Positions 1-9,258 of a DNA stretch of 64,000 nt are shown here, one piece after another (positions within the stretch are counted from its first letter, which is position 1; every line of letters begins with the position of its first letter). The stretch covers positions 140 through 64,139 of the forward strand of contig CAZQXN010000010.1 of assembly GCA_964597545.1 (NCBI GenBank). The letters run 5' to 3'. Position numbers and translations under genes: made by a program. Below the pieces are notes generated by a model that ran no database searches, had not been told where the DNA came from, and was given only the letters and a program-made list of their open reading frames with translations. The DNA comes from an uncultured Planctomycetia bacterium (GTDB taxonomy: Bacteria; Omnitrophota; Gorgyraeia; 1-14-0-20-64-10).

Positions 1-847
1 CGAGGGGGGGATCCGGCAGCCTCTCGACTGGTGTGACGTTGCCGGTATCATCAATCAGAAAGATTTGGACAACATGCTGCCTCCGCTGACCTGCTGAGTC
101 GCGCATGTTCGCTGCGCGGTAGTTCATCTTGGGGTTGAGGTAGTCTTTGAGAAAAAGGTCAAAACCAACGGGGTCTTCAAAGACAACAACAGCGCGCTGG
201 ACTGTTGGGTTGCCGCGGAGATCCTTCCCCCGGAAAGGAGAGCGCTCCACGGTCTTGACGGTCACGCGCCCATCGGGTTGAACCCTGAACATGGCAGGGT
301 GTTCGGGGTAGCGGGTTGGATCCGGGTTCTCTTTATACGGCTCAAGGTAGAACTTGCCGGGAACAGAGAAGGTTCGCCCGGTTTCTGAATCATGGACAGT
401 CACCTTGATCTGAATGAAGGGGGAAGCCACCAACGGTTTGCCCCTGAGCGTCTCAGGAATCTTCAGATGAAGGGTCATCTCAAGCGGCTTAAAGTCTGTT
501 GCGGGATCTGGGATGGTTGCGGTCACCGCCGGATTGGGGTCAACCTCGACGGGGGGCTGGTAGAGCGCAGTCAGAACCCCTAAACCGCCTACGCCAAAGA
601 GGACAGCGGCGATTGCCCATCTTTTGAGGCGCAACCGACGGGTTGTCTTCTCCTCTTCTAAGCCGGCTTGGATCCGTTCGGCCACAACAGATTGACCGGC
701 TTGCACTCTGCGCAGAGTCTCTCCTGAATAGGAGTAGGGTCGAAACCCATCCTGAGCAGAGTCAATGGAAGTCCCGGCAAACTGTGACATGGCTAAACTC
801 GTGCTTAGCCAAAGGACTAAGATTCTAGTTACAGCTTTTCCACTCAT
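1..847 (-). CDS. 5' portion of a large secreted protein, paralog of the N-terminal ~280 aa of the 1406-aa protein at 41351..45571; gene continues beyond window start
   Basis: Manual minus-strand translation from ATG at 847 gives MSGKAVTRILVLWLSTSLAMSQFAG...PFIQIKVTVHDSETGRTFSVPGKFYLEPYKENPDP...HPAMFRVQPDGRVTVKTVERSPFRGKDLRGNPTVQRAVVV...QIFLIDDTGNVTPVERLPDPP with no stop through position 1. It is collinear with and clearly similar to the N-terminus of the 41351..45571 protein. The plus-strand ORFs 392..583 and 45149..45340 are antisense shadows of this similarity. Confidence 0.6.
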   Translation of the reverse strand, partial: MSGKAVTRILVLWLSTSLAMSQFAGTSIDSAQDGFRPYSYSGETLRRVQAGQSVVAERIQAGLEEEKTTRRLRLKRWAIAAVLFGVGGLGVLTALYQPPVEVDPNPAVTATIPDPATDFKPLEMTLHLKIPETLRGKPLVASPFIQIKVTVHDSETGRTFSVPGKFYLEPYKENPDPTRYPEHPAMFRVQPDGRVTVKTVERSPFRGKDLRGNPTVQRAVVVFEDPVGFDLFLKDYLNPKMNYRAANMRDSAGQRRQHVVQIFLIDDTGNVTPVERLPDPPL

Positions 848-924
848 AAGATATGCCTGTAGATACTATAAGTTTACCTGAGCAATGGGAGTTATGGCAA
901 GGTGTTAGCTAGATATTATTACGC

Positions 925-1653
925 TTAATGATTGGTGGCGCGCGTAAAATAGCCACCAGTGAAGGCGTCAAGGTGGGCGGTGAGCGCCTCAATGCGCAGA
1001 CGTCTTTCCTGGCGAAGGTGCGGATCATCGGTAGGGGCAGCCCGAAACCGCTCCAAAAGCTCCTTGCGTTCAAAATAGATCCGGGTGACCTCCTCTAAGA
1101 TCTGGTTTCTAAGCTTTACCATAAGCCGTGAGCGAACATCGATAGAGGTTTGATCGGTTGACCAGAGCAGATCCCCCAAATCCCAGGTGAAATCAAAGTC
1201 CACCGAGAAATTGCGCCGCTTGGGCCCAATCGTAAATTGGGTCACCCCCTTATAGGTCGAGGAGGCAATGTTGGCACTCTGGTCCCGGTCGAGGCTGAGC
1301 GTAAACTTAGGCAAAAAAGCCTTCCACCGAGCTTGAGCTCGCCACCGAGAGATCTTCTGAGGTGAAACCTCTGCATGGCGAATGGCAGCCTGCTGGACCT
1401 GCCCCACAGTCGGCTCGGCACTACCTTCCCAAGGCAGCTTCAATCCAACAGGGTGACGTGGAGCAATAGGCACGGCAGGTGCCGGCGCCGGCGCACCAGG
1501 CACCGGAATGGCCCTTCCGGTAGCCGGAAGTATCGAAGCATGCACCTTGTGGTTGCCGCGCATGGGGATCAAAATAATCCAGGCAACAACCAGTATGAGG
1601 GGAAGCAGTAGGATTGTAATTTTTACGCGCTCTATTCTCATCGGGGACCCCAA
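925..1653 (-). CDS. hypothetical membrane-anchored protein (N-terminal TM helix, Pro/Ala-rich linker)
   Basis: ORF with hydrophobic N-terminus ITILLLPLILVVAWIILIP followed by PAPAPAVPIAP linker; no recognisable catalytic motif. Confidence 0.45.
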   Translation of the reverse strand: MGSPMRIERVKITILLLPLILVVAWIILIPMRGNHKVHASILPATGRAIPVPGAPAPAPAVPIAPRHPVGLKLPWEGSAEPTVGQVQQAAIRHAEVSPQKISRWRAQARWKAFLPKFTLSLDRDQSANIASSTYKGVTQFTIGPKRRNFSVDFDFTWDLGDLLWSTDQTSIDVRSRLMVKLRNQILEEVTRIYFERKELLERFRAAPTDDPHLRQERRLRIEALTAHLDAFTGGYFTRATNH

Positions 1654-1765
1654 AAGAGGGATTCTCTATTTAACATGCTTTTTGCATATATGTCAATATA
1701 TCTTTTTTCCCGTTTTAGCAACCGATTGCCTTGCTGTGCTAGGGTGGAGGTGGTAGGATATCCCC

Positions 1766-2320
1766 ATGAAAATCGGAAAGAAGATCAGGCAGTTTAGGCA
1801 AACCAAGGAGTGGACCTTGGCGGATCTGGCCAAGCATTCCGAGGTAGCCCTCTCATCTTTAAGCCGCATCGAGACCGGGCGCATGACCGGAACGCTGGAG
1901 TCGCACATTCAGATTGCCCGGGCACTCGGAGTGCGCCTACCCGAGCTCTATGACAATCTGGATTTGAGTGCCGCCAACCTGGAGGTGCGGCGCGCCGATG
2001 CCCCCGCAGACAAGCTCACCCCTGCCAAGGGGGGCGGGACCATTACCCTGCTGGCAAAATCCACCCCGGAGAAAAAGCTCCTGCCAGCTCTCATCACCGT
2101 TAAGCCCAAGCAGAGCCTTTCCCTCTCGACAGGCGGCGTTGGTTCAGAGCGCTTTATCTACCTTTTGAAGGGACAGGTGGAAATCGCAATGGGAGAGGAG
2201 CGGGTAGGCTTGAAGGTAGGCGACAGCGTCTGTCTGCAAGCTGCTCAGAAGCATACTCTCACAAACCTAAGCACTGCCCCGGCACTGGCGCTCAGCGCCA
2301 TTGCCCCACCTTCAGTCTAA
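1766..2320 (+). CDS. XRE-family HTH transcriptional regulator with C-terminal cupin domain
   Basis: N-terminus IRQFRQTKEWTLADLAKHSEVALSSLSRIETGR is a classic HTH_3 motif; C-terminal beta-rich region typical of cupin sensor domain. Confidence 0.8.
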   Translation: MKIGKKIRQFRQTKEWTLADLAKHSEVALSSLSRIETGRMTGTLESHIQIARALGVRLPELYDNLDLSAANLEVRRADAPADKLTPAKGGGTITLLAKSTPEKKLLPALITVKPKQSLSLSTGGVGSERFIYLLKGQVEIAMGEERVGLKVGDSVCLQAAQKHTLTNLSTAPALALSAIAPPSV

Positions 2321-2329
2321 AGAGCGCCT

Positions 2330-2725
2330 TCAGCGGGTCTGTTCTACCACCAGGGAGTAGCGAACCTTCAAATCGCCGTTTAAGAGCACCTCAACGGCGT
2401 ATTCCCCTGCCTGCGGAAGCTCCAAATTGCTGAACCGGGCAATCACGGAGTGCCGGGATTTGAGGCTCGCCAGCTGGAAAGCCGTTTCTTGGTCGCGGGC
2501 AATCTCTTGGCCTTCAGGGTCTAAAACGCGGCTGAACTGCTTGAAGGCGCCTACCCCGCCAATCCAGCCGTTGACAACAAAAAGGGTGGGATGTGTTGCC
2601 GGAAATTCTCGAGCGCCAACCGTCTCAAAGAGGCCCAGCAGGATAAACTTGCCGTTGTCTTCGCGACGGACATCGTCGCACAAGACAGAGTAAAGCAGGG
2701 CGGGTGCAATGGTCGTTGATTCCAA
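2330..2725 (-). CDS. hypothetical protein (possible degenerate PilZ-like partner)
   Basis: 131-aa ORF directly downstream of PilZ gene on same strand; no clear motif. Confidence 0.4.
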   Translation of the reverse strand: MESTTIAPALLYSVLCDDVRREDNGKFILLGLFETVGAREFPATHPTLFVVNGWIGGVGAFKQFSRVLDPEGQEIARDQETAFQLASLKSRHSVIARFSNLELPQAGEYAVEVLLNGDLKVRYSLVVEQTR

Positions 2726-2731
2726 GGAGGG

Positions 2732-3088
2732 CTACTTGGCGCTTGCCTTGTCGATGACTGCTTCGAGGCGCGCCTTGTCCTCCGGTACAAGCTGAGCAAA
2801 CTCAACACCCGTATCGAAGCTCGGGCCCTTCTTGATTTCTCGGTGGCGCACCACCCAGACGATGGTGCCTTCAACCTTAATCGGCCCCCTGCCGTCGTCT
2901 AGGGTCAGCTCCAAATCGACCGGGGAGAAGATGTCCATGCCCTCCTCCAGGAGAACGCACACTCCCCCTAACCCCACATTCTCCGTGACGGACGAAACGG
3001 TCTTTGCGTCCTGAGGCTGCTTAAGTGTCACCTTACAGGCATACTGAATGCGTGGAAAACGACGCTGATCAATTCCCTGCCATACCAT
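2732..3088 (-). CDS. PilZ domain protein (c-di-GMP binding)
   Basis: RRFPRI (RxxxR) followed by NVGLGGVCV (D/NxSxGG) PilZ signature. Confidence 0.7.
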   Translation of the reverse strand: MVWQGIDQRRFPRIQYACKVTLKQPQDAKTVSSVTENVGLGGVCVLLEEGMDIFSPVDLELTLDDGRGPIKVEGTIVWVVRHREIKKGPSFDTGVEFAQLVPEDKARLEAVIDKASAK

Positions 3089-3223
3089 AGAATCCTCCGC
3101 AATACGTGATCAACAGGTCAAAAGCCTTAAAATCCATGAATAAACGCCACCACTCTTATAGAGGATATCGATCGAAATTGCAAGCAGCTTCAGATCGTGA
3201 TAGCCTAACCTTAAGGAGTCATT

Positions 3224-4123
3224 ATGTACGAAGCCTTCTTTGGCCTGCGCGAAAAACCGTTTCATGTCACCGCCGACCCGGCCTTTCTCTATCCGTCCCA
3301 TCAACATGAGGAGGCGATGGCGCACCTGATGTACGGCATCCGGGAGCGCTTGGGATTTCTCATGATTACCGGTGAGGTCGGTACCGGAAAGACCACCCTG
3401 GCTAAGGCGCTCATCGAAAAGCTTAAACAACCCACGAAAACAGCCCTCATCTTGAATCCCGCCTTAAGTGGAACGCAGCTGCTCCGGGCCATCCTGTTGG
3501 ATTTCGGCTTGGGATCAACAACCGGAACCGCTGGTGACCCACCCAAACGGCTGGGGTCAACGCGGGGGGAACTCCTGCAAACGGTAGAACAGTTTCTGCT
3601 GGGATTGGCCGATACCAGCGGAGTGGGTGTTCTGATTATCGATGAAGCCCAGGCCCTAAGCCCAGCCACCCTTGAACAGGTACGGCTTCTCTCCAACGTA
3701 GAAACACCTAAAGCCAAGCTCCTTCAAATCATCTTAATCGGCCAACCCGAGTTGGCCCAGCATCTCAAGAAGGATGCACGTTTACGGGCACTCCATGAGC
3801 GGATCGCCGTCCGATATCACATTCAACCGTTGAGTGAGGCCGAGGTGGCCGACTACATTGACCACCGCCTGAAAATTGCCGGCTCGACCGGAATCGTTCA
3901 GTTTGCGCCCGAGGCCATCTCAAGCATTGCGCAACTCTCCGGAGGCATTCCGCGCCGGATCAATCTGCTGTGCGACCAAGCCCTGGTGGCCGGATTTGTT
4001 CATGAATCCACAACCATTGACCCGACCCTGGTAGGTACCGCCCAAGGCGCATTGACTGCAGCGCCCGAGCCCGTTGCTACCGGGGATCACACGAATACCT
4101 CAATGCAAGGAGTAAACCCATGA
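3224..4123 (+). CDS. ExeA/GspA/MshM-like AAA ATPase (short form, ATPase domain only)
   Basis: Walker A ITGEVGTGKTTLAKAL, Walker B VLIIDEAQAL, sensor motifs typical of ExeA/TniB-like AAA+ family. Confidence 0.8.
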   Translation: MYEAFFGLREKPFHVTADPAFLYPSHQHEEAMAHLMYGIRERLGFLMITGEVGTGKTTLAKALIEKLKQPTKTALILNPALSGTQLLRAILLDFGLGSTTGTAGDPPKRLGSTRGELLQTVEQFLLGLADTSGVGVLIIDEAQALSPATLEQVRLLSNVETPKAKLLQIILIGQPELAQHLKKDARLRALHERIAVRYHIQPLSEAEVADYIDHRLKIAGSTGIVQFAPEAISSIAQLSGGIPRRINLLCDQALVAGFVHESTTIDPTLVGTAQGALTAAPEPVATGDHTNTSMQGVNP

Positions 4124-4542
4124 GTCTGATTTCTGATGCTCTCCGAAAAACTCAACCTCCACCTGAGCCCCCTCCGCCCGGTAACAAATCCCGCTGGATC
4201 TTTGGGGCCATTGTGATGGGCGCGGTGGGCCTGGTACTCACGCTCGTCGCCTATCTCCCTAAAACCAGCAGTTCCCTGCTCCCTGCAACAGCGGGGATCT
4301 CCTCCGCAAAAAGAACCCCCTCTGCCCATCCCGCCGGGCTTCGGCTGCTGCGATCTGCTCGGAGCGGCTTAAGTTTAAACGGCATTGTACGGGGAAGTGA
4401 TGGGGAATCACTCGCACTGATCAACGGACAGGTGGTCTCGGAAGGAACGATCATTGGAGGAGCAAAGGTTGTCCGCGTGGATCGAGATTACGTGGAACTT
4501 CGGGAAGGCGACAACGTCAGAACGCTGACGCTGCAGGATTAG
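4120..4542 (+). CDS. GspB-like single-pass membrane protein, translationally coupled to ExeA-like ATPase
   Basis: ATGA start/stop overlap with upstream gene; Pro-rich N-terminus, one TM helix IFGAIVMGAVGLVLTLVAYL, periplasmic C-terminus. Confidence 0.5.
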   Translation: MSLISDALRKTQPPPEPPPPGNKSRWIFGAIVMGAVGLVLTLVAYLPKTSSSLLPATAGISSAKRTPSAHPAGLRLLRSARSGLSLNGIVRGSDGESLALINGQVVSEGTIIGGAKVVRVDRDYVELREGDNVRTLTLQD

Positions 4543-4617
4543 AGGCTGTTTCGAAACCGACTCTAGTGGCCTCGTATTGCGAGAACCCCGCCCCTGGCGG
4601 AGGATGAAGCAATCTCT

Positions 4618-5289
4618 TCAGTAGAGTCGGACGAAGGCGTCTTTGAAATCTTGGAAGCGGGCATCCCCGGAAAGTTTAAGCCGTTCTAGATCCGCTTCTT
4701 CTTGAGTCACAAAAGATCCGACATAAACTCGGTAGCGAGTTTTGCCGTTGGTCCGGCGGCGCAAATCCACCAAGAAAGCCTCGTATCCCAAATCCTTCAA
4801 GTAGCACACCGCTCGATCGGCAGGTGCTTCGACATCGTAGACAGCCACCTGAACGGTGTAGGGGGTTAGATCCCCAGATGAAGGCGAGGCTTGGAGGCTG
4901 CGCATCCCAAAGGGGATACACAGCAAGCCAATCACTAAAACCCACGCCACCATCGCACCCAACGCCCCTGAGGAACCCTCCGCAGAACTCCTCCGGGTCG
5001 CTTCAGGGCAGTTCAACCGTTGCAGACGGGATTGAAGATTTTCCCGCTCGCGCCTGAGTGAGCTGAGTTCACCCCGAAGGCGACTCAGTTCGCCATGAAG
5101 AATCTCCTGCCCTGTCCAAACTGGGCTGGGCGTTTTTCGGTCTGTGACCGCAGGAGCAGCAACCGGTGTGAAGCGTCTCTGGGGGGACTGCTTGCGGCTG
5201 TGGTAGTTGCCATAGAGGCGCTGCTGAATCTCGGACTCGGAGAGGACCCGAACTCCTTCGGGAAGCGGGTTGCGCGGCTCAGCGCTCAT
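4618..5289 (-). CDS. SPOR domain protein with coiled-coil and TM segment
   Basis: C-terminus YTVQVAVYDVEAPADRAVCYLKDLGYEAFLVD...RYRVYVGSFVTQEEAD matches SPOR peptidoglycan-binding fold; coiled-coil LSRLRGELSSLRRERENLQSRLQRL. Confidence 0.6.
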   Translation of the reverse strand: MSAEPRNPLPEGVRVLSESEIQQRLYGNYHSRKQSPQRRFTPVAAPAVTDRKTPSPVWTGQEILHGELSRLRGELSSLRRERENLQSRLQRLNCPEATRRSSAEGSSGALGAMVAWVLVIGLLCIPFGMRSLQASPSSGDLTPYTVQVAVYDVEAPADRAVCYLKDLGYEAFLVDLRRRTNGKTRYRVYVGSFVTQEEADLERLKLSGDARFQDFKDAFVRLY

Positions 5290-5876
5290 TGCAGTCCCAA
5301 CCGAAATCGAACCAAGGTCACGCCCCCTAAGGTCCAGCGGCCGTCCTCCACAAAACCTTGAGACAAACAGAGGCGAATGGCCTGCTCCATTCGAGTGGAG
5401 GTTCGGATGACCACCTGCGCAAAGCCCTTGGAGCGGCAGAAGGCCAGCGCTTCCTTTAAGAGACCGGATCCCATCCCATGGCCACGCAACGTGGAATCCA
5501 CAAAGAAGCGTCTTAAGATGGCGGTTGTCTCATCCTCGGCCTTCACCCCGCATGTGCCCACAATCTTGCCTTCACGCTCAGCCACCAAGAAGGTGCTGCG
5601 CGTCCCGCCATAGGTTTTGTCTAAGCGGTCTAAATCCTCTGTGGAATAGGCGGCTTGGTCCTTGGGGAATTCGCCCCCCAAGATGGAGGTGATGAGACTC
5701 ACGATGCCCTTCCCGTCTTCGGGTCGGGCTGAGCGAATATGGATTCCGGTTGAGGTTTCGGAAGAAGTTTCCTTACGAGGCAATCTTGTAAACTCTGTCG
5801 TGTTGCCGAACCTTAGCAGAAACCTGAATACCGACCTCGTCACCCTGCTTGGCTTCAGTAACGGGCTTATGGTCAA
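5286..5876 (-). CDS. GNAT family N-acetyltransferase (true start probably downstream of 5876, near 5700-5750)
   Basis: IRSARPEDGKGIV...RRFFVDSTLRGHGMGSGLLKEALAFCRSKGF GNAT acetyl-CoA binding motif; N-terminal 35 codons overlap ORF 5773..6060. Confidence 0.65.
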   Translation of the reverse strand: MTISPLLKPSRVTRSVFRFLLRFGNTTEFTRLPRKETSSETSTGIHIRSARPEDGKGIVSLITSILGGEFPKDQAAYSTEDLDRLDKTYGGTRSTFLVAEREGKIVGTCGVKAEDETTAILRRFFVDSTLRGHGMGSGLLKEALAFCRSKGFAQVVIRTSTRMEQAIRLCLSQGFVEDGRWTLGGVTLVRFRLGLQ

Positions 5877-6060
5877 TCTGCATGGAACGGATGGTTTCCT
5901 TTAAATCCGTAGTGTGTCCCTTGATCCAGATGGTTTCCCCTACCTTCAACGTTCCCTTCTGAATCGCTATGATGACGACGCTGGGGTGGGCGAAGAAAGA
6001 AACGGCCACTCCGATCTCGTCACCGGGGGGTGCTTCTGGAGATGGTGCCGGCTCTGGCAT
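5773..6060 (-). CDS. small beta-barrel protein resembling EF-Tu domain 2
   Basis: KVGETIWIKGHTTDLKETIRSMQIDHKPVTEAKQGDEVGIQV resembles translation-factor domain-2 barrel; overlaps GNAT ORF so one of the two starts is wrong. Confidence 0.4.
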   Translation of the reverse strand: MPEPAPSPEAPPGDEIGVAVSFFAHPSVVIIAIQKGTLKVGETIWIKGHTTDLKETIRSMQIDHKPVTEAKQGDEVGIQVSAKVRQHDRVYKIAS

Positions 6061-6128
6061 CTTATGCCCTCCTTACGCGAACTGCTTCATATTAGCCAAG
6101 TCCTTCTCACCTGTCAATGCTGTTACCA

Positions 6129-6773
6129 TCACGGTACTGGAGCTAAAAGATGCTCCAAGGCAATCCGCGCTGCCTCTTGAGAGGCCGCCTTCTTGCTGGG
6201 TCCAGAACCCTGGCCATAGAGTTTTCCCCGCCAACCGACAGAAACCTGAAAGCGGCGGCGGTGACTGGGGCCGGCTTCTGCCACGACTCGGTATTCCGGT
6301 GTCGCCTTGAAGTAGCGCAGGGCATACTCCTGAAGCAGAGACTTGTAATCAGCGGCCAATTGCCCGGTCTCGACCGCCTCGATTTGACGGTGAAAGAGCT
6401 TCTTGATCAGCCGGGTCACCGGCTTGAGCCCCCGGTCCAAGTAGATGGCCCCCAAAACCGCCTCCAGGGCAGAGCCGATGACCGAGGGGCGCTGAGCCTC
6501 ACCCCGGGAGATCTCCCCCGGCCCCATGAGGATCCAATCGTCCAACTTGAGGGCTGCCGCCACCTCTCCGAGTGTCGCGCGGCTGACCACCTGGGCCTTG
6601 ACCTTCGCCAGATCCCCCACCTCAGAAACCGGGTAAAGGCGAAACAACTCCTCGGAAATGACCAGCCCCAAAACAGCATCCCCAAGAAACTCCAGCGTCT
6701 CATTGTCCACATGGAGGGCATCCGGCTTGGCCATTTGAGCATAGGAGCGGTGAATCAGCGATCGGTTGAGCAT
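6129..6773 (-). CDS. rnc: ribonuclease III
   Basis: RNase III signature ETLEFLGDAVLGL plus C-terminal dsRBD. Confidence 0.9.
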   Translation of the reverse strand: MLNRSLIHRSYAQMAKPDALHVDNETLEFLGDAVLGLVISEELFRLYPVSEVGDLAKVKAQVVSRATLGEVAAALKLDDWILMGPGEISRGEAQRPSVIGSALEAVLGAIYLDRGLKPVTRLIKKLFHRQIEAVETGQLAADYKSLLQEYALRYFKATPEYRVVAEAGPSHRRRFQVSVGWRGKLYGQGSGPSKKAASQEAARIALEHLLAPVP

Positions 6774-6866
6774 CGCCGGCTTACGGAAACGAACACCCAG
6801 AACCCGCTCCAGTCGATGCAGGTGCTTGAGTCGATCGCGTGTCAGTCCCTTACGAAGAAAAATGGC

Positions 6867-7976
6867 CTAACCCTCCCAGGCGCCTCGAATGGCCTTCGTG
6901 ATGACTGGGCTCGGAACATTCTCTTTGACCGTGCAGCGGCCAATGCCGGTGGGCAGAACCCACCGGTTGCGCCCTGTAAACCACTTTTTGTCGTGTGACA
7001 TGGCGCGGGTGATATCCGCCAAGCGCACACCGCGAAACGTCACAGGAAGGTCCAAGTGGCACAGAAGGCCACAGATCCGATCCGCGCTGCGCGCCGAAAG
7101 CAGTCCCAGGGATTGAGATACATCCGCAGCCACCCGTATCCCAACCGCCACAGCCTCGCCGTGAGTATAGGAACGGCGGTAGCCGCTGGCCGTCTCCAAG
7201 GCATGCCCAAGGGTGTGTCCGAGGTTCAGAATTGTTCGAATGCCTTTGGTTTCAAATTCATCCTGCTCAACGACTGCAGCTTTAACGCGCATCGCCCGAT
7301 ACAGAGCCCAACTCAAGCGATCAGCCCCCTTACGCATCTGACGTACGGAGCTGTGCTCCAGGGCCTTAAAGAGGGCGGCATCACGAATGACTCCGCATTT
7401 GGCCACCTCCGCCAAACCGGAACGGAACTGCCGCTCCGAAAGGGTCTCCAAGAACTTAAGCTCTACAAAGATGAGGCGCGGTTGAACAATGAGCCCCACC
7501 AAGTTCTTTCCCTGCGGAAGATCTACGGCGGTCTTTCCCCCAATGGCAGAGTCGACCTGAGCCAACAACGTTGTGGGCAGCTGCACATAGGGGATGCCGC
7601 GCTTGTAGAGGCCGGCTACCACACCGCCCAAATCCCCCACAACCCCTCCGCCCGCCAAGACCAAGAAAGGGCGCTTGCCCGGGCCATCCAACTTGGCCAA
7701 GGCCGAGAGAAGACGACTCAAGCTGGGCAAGCTCTTGCTTTGCTCTGTGTCGGCAACGGTCAGCGTCGTCACTGGCCCACCGACCCGCTGCAGGGCCTTT
7801 TGAATGGCCTTGCCGTGCCGACGCAAAATGTTTGGGTTGCTCAGAAGAATCGGATGGGTTCCCAGTGCCATGCGGCGCAATCGGGACCCCAAGCGGTTGA
7901 GATGCCCGGAGCCCACCACAATCTCAACCGGTTGCCGCGATAGCTTCATTCGAATCGTATGTGTTTGTCCCATCAC
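6867..7976 (-). CDS. aroB: 3-dehydroquinate synthase
   Basis: GGGVVGDLGGVVAGLYKRGIPYVQLPTTLLAQVDSAIGGKTAVD NAD-binding and metal-binding motifs of DHQ synthase. Confidence 0.9.
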   Translation of the reverse strand: MMGQTHTIRMKLSRQPVEIVVGSGHLNRLGSRLRRMALGTHPILLSNPNILRRHGKAIQKALQRVGGPVTTLTVADTEQSKSLPSLSRLLSALAKLDGPGKRPFLVLAGGGVVGDLGGVVAGLYKRGIPYVQLPTTLLAQVDSAIGGKTAVDLPQGKNLVGLIVQPRLIFVELKFLETLSERQFRSGLAEVAKCGVIRDAALFKALEHSSVRQMRKGADRLSWALYRAMRVKAAVVEQDEFETKGIRTILNLGHTLGHALETASGYRRSYTHGEAVAVGIRVAADVSQSLGLLSARSADRICGLLCHLDLPVTFRGVRLADITRAMSHDKKWFTGRNRWVLPTGIGRCTVKENVPSPVITKAIRGAWEG

Positions 7977-8596
7977 ACACCCAATGCGTCGGCTAAAAAG
8001 GTGACCGTTGGCCAGAGAAAACGCCTCAAGATCCCAAAGTAAATGAGCGCAAAAACAATCAGAATCCCCCAGCGCTCTAATTTCAGAACATGCCGGGCCA
8101 AAGAAACCGGCAAGAGCCCGACGAGAATCCGGGAACCATCCAGGGGAGGAATCGGCAGAAGATTAAAGACCCCCAAAACCAGATTGATGAGAATCAAATA
8201 CGTAACCATCGCCTCAGCCAGCTCGGGAAGCGCGGAACCTGAAACCCGAAGCATGAATGCCAGCATTGCCGCCAAGATGAAGTTGGAGGCTGGACCGGCC
8301 AACCCCACCCAAAGCATGTCCTGCTTAGGCCTGCGCAGATGATAGGGGTTGATCGGAACCGGCTTGGCCCACCCAAAAACAAAAGGGGCCCGAGCCAGGA
8401 GCAGGATGATGGGCAGCAGCAGGGTTCCTACGGGATCGATATGACGCAGAGGATTAAAGGTTAACCGTCCAGCCTGTTTTGCTGTAGGATCCCCCAACAG
8501 CAAGGCCACCCAACCGTGGCTGACCTCATGAACCATCACGGCAATCATAAAGAGAGGAAAGAGCAGCAGGAAACCCATCAAAAAATCCATCAGCAC
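7973..8596 (-). CDS. M50 family (site-2 protease-like) membrane metalloprotease
   Basis: HEVSHG zinc-binding motif in TM helix, multi-TM protein. Confidence 0.75.
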   Translation of the reverse strand: MLMDFLMGFLLLFPLFMIAVMVHEVSHGWVALLLGDPTAKQAGRLTFNPLRHIDPVGTLLLPIILLLARAPFVFGWAKPVPINPYHLRRPKQDMLWVGLAGPASNFILAAMLAFMLRVSGSALPELAEAMVTYLILINLVLGVFNLLPIPPLDGSRILVGLLPVSLARHVLKLERWGILIVFALIYFGILRRFLWPTVTFLADALGV

Positions 8597-9258
8597 AATC
8601 CTCTAGGAAGAGAGATGTTTGCTACCGATACACGACCGGCCGCCGCCCTTCCCTTGCCTCTGAGCAGCCCTTTTTTAAGCAAACCGCAGGTGACGGTGTG
8701 ATTGGCGCGCACCACTGCTCCGCAGGATGCCCCATTGTCAGAATTGATCCCTGAGGGTAAGTCGATCGAGAGCACTGGAGAGCGCTGGCGGTTGATCCAA
8801 TGAATCGCCGAGCGGAACGGTTCACGAACCTCACCGGAGAGCCCGGTCCCCAGCAGTGCATCGATGATCAGCCTGGGGTGGGTTTTTCTGCGGCACCATC
8901 GATTCCACAGCGCGCGGGAAGAGACCACTCGAACCGGAACCTTGAGCGCTTTTAAGATCTTGAGGTTCTCTGCTGCTGCGCCCTTAAGCTTGGAAAGCAC
9001 TCCCAACAGAACCACCTCTACAGCAATCCCCCAGTTATCAAGATGGCGCGCTGCAACAAACCCGTCACCCCCGTTGGCCCCGCTGCCGGCTAAGACCAGC
9101 ACTTTTCCGCTCGAGCGCGATTTTCTCGACAGCAGCGATTTGGCGCGCTGAGCCACTGCAGTGCCGGCATGCTCCATTAAAATCAGCTCCGGAATTCTGT
9201 ACCGCTGCTGGGCTTGTTGATCGACCCTTCGCATCTGAGCAGCAGTTACAGCGGACAT
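8590..9258 (-). CDS. nnrE: NAD(P)H-hydrate epimerase (YjeF N-terminal domain)
   Basis: VLVLAGSGANGGDGFVAARHL motif of YjeF_N family. Confidence 0.8.
   Translation of the reverse strand: MSAVTAAQMRRVDQQAQQRYRIPELILMEHAGTAVAQRAKSLLSRKSRSSGKVLVLAGSGANGGDGFVAARHLDNWGIAVEVVLLGVLSKLKGAAAENLKILKALKVPVRVVSSRALWNRWCRRKTHPRLIIDALLGTGLSGEVREPFRSAIHWINRQRSPVLSIDLPSGINSDNGASCGAVVRANHTVTCGLLKKGLLRGKGRAAAGRVSVANISLPRGLC

Noticed and set aside
392-583. Plus-strand ORF (63 aa) with a near-identical twin at 45149..45340, which initially looked like a conserved small protein pair
   Set aside because: Both lie antisense to the paralogous giant-protein genes (1..847 and 41351..45571). The similarity is a mirror of the minus-strand coding conservation, not an independent gene.
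6150-6998. Long plus-strand ORFs (e.g. 6150..6998, 7056..7943, 32098..33060, 39099..40115, 59447..60142) in the track
   Set aside because: Each is fully antisense to a minus-strand gene with clear conserved motifs (rnc, aroB, rmuC, TonB-dependent receptor, secY). Long spurious antisense ORFs are expected at ~60% GC.
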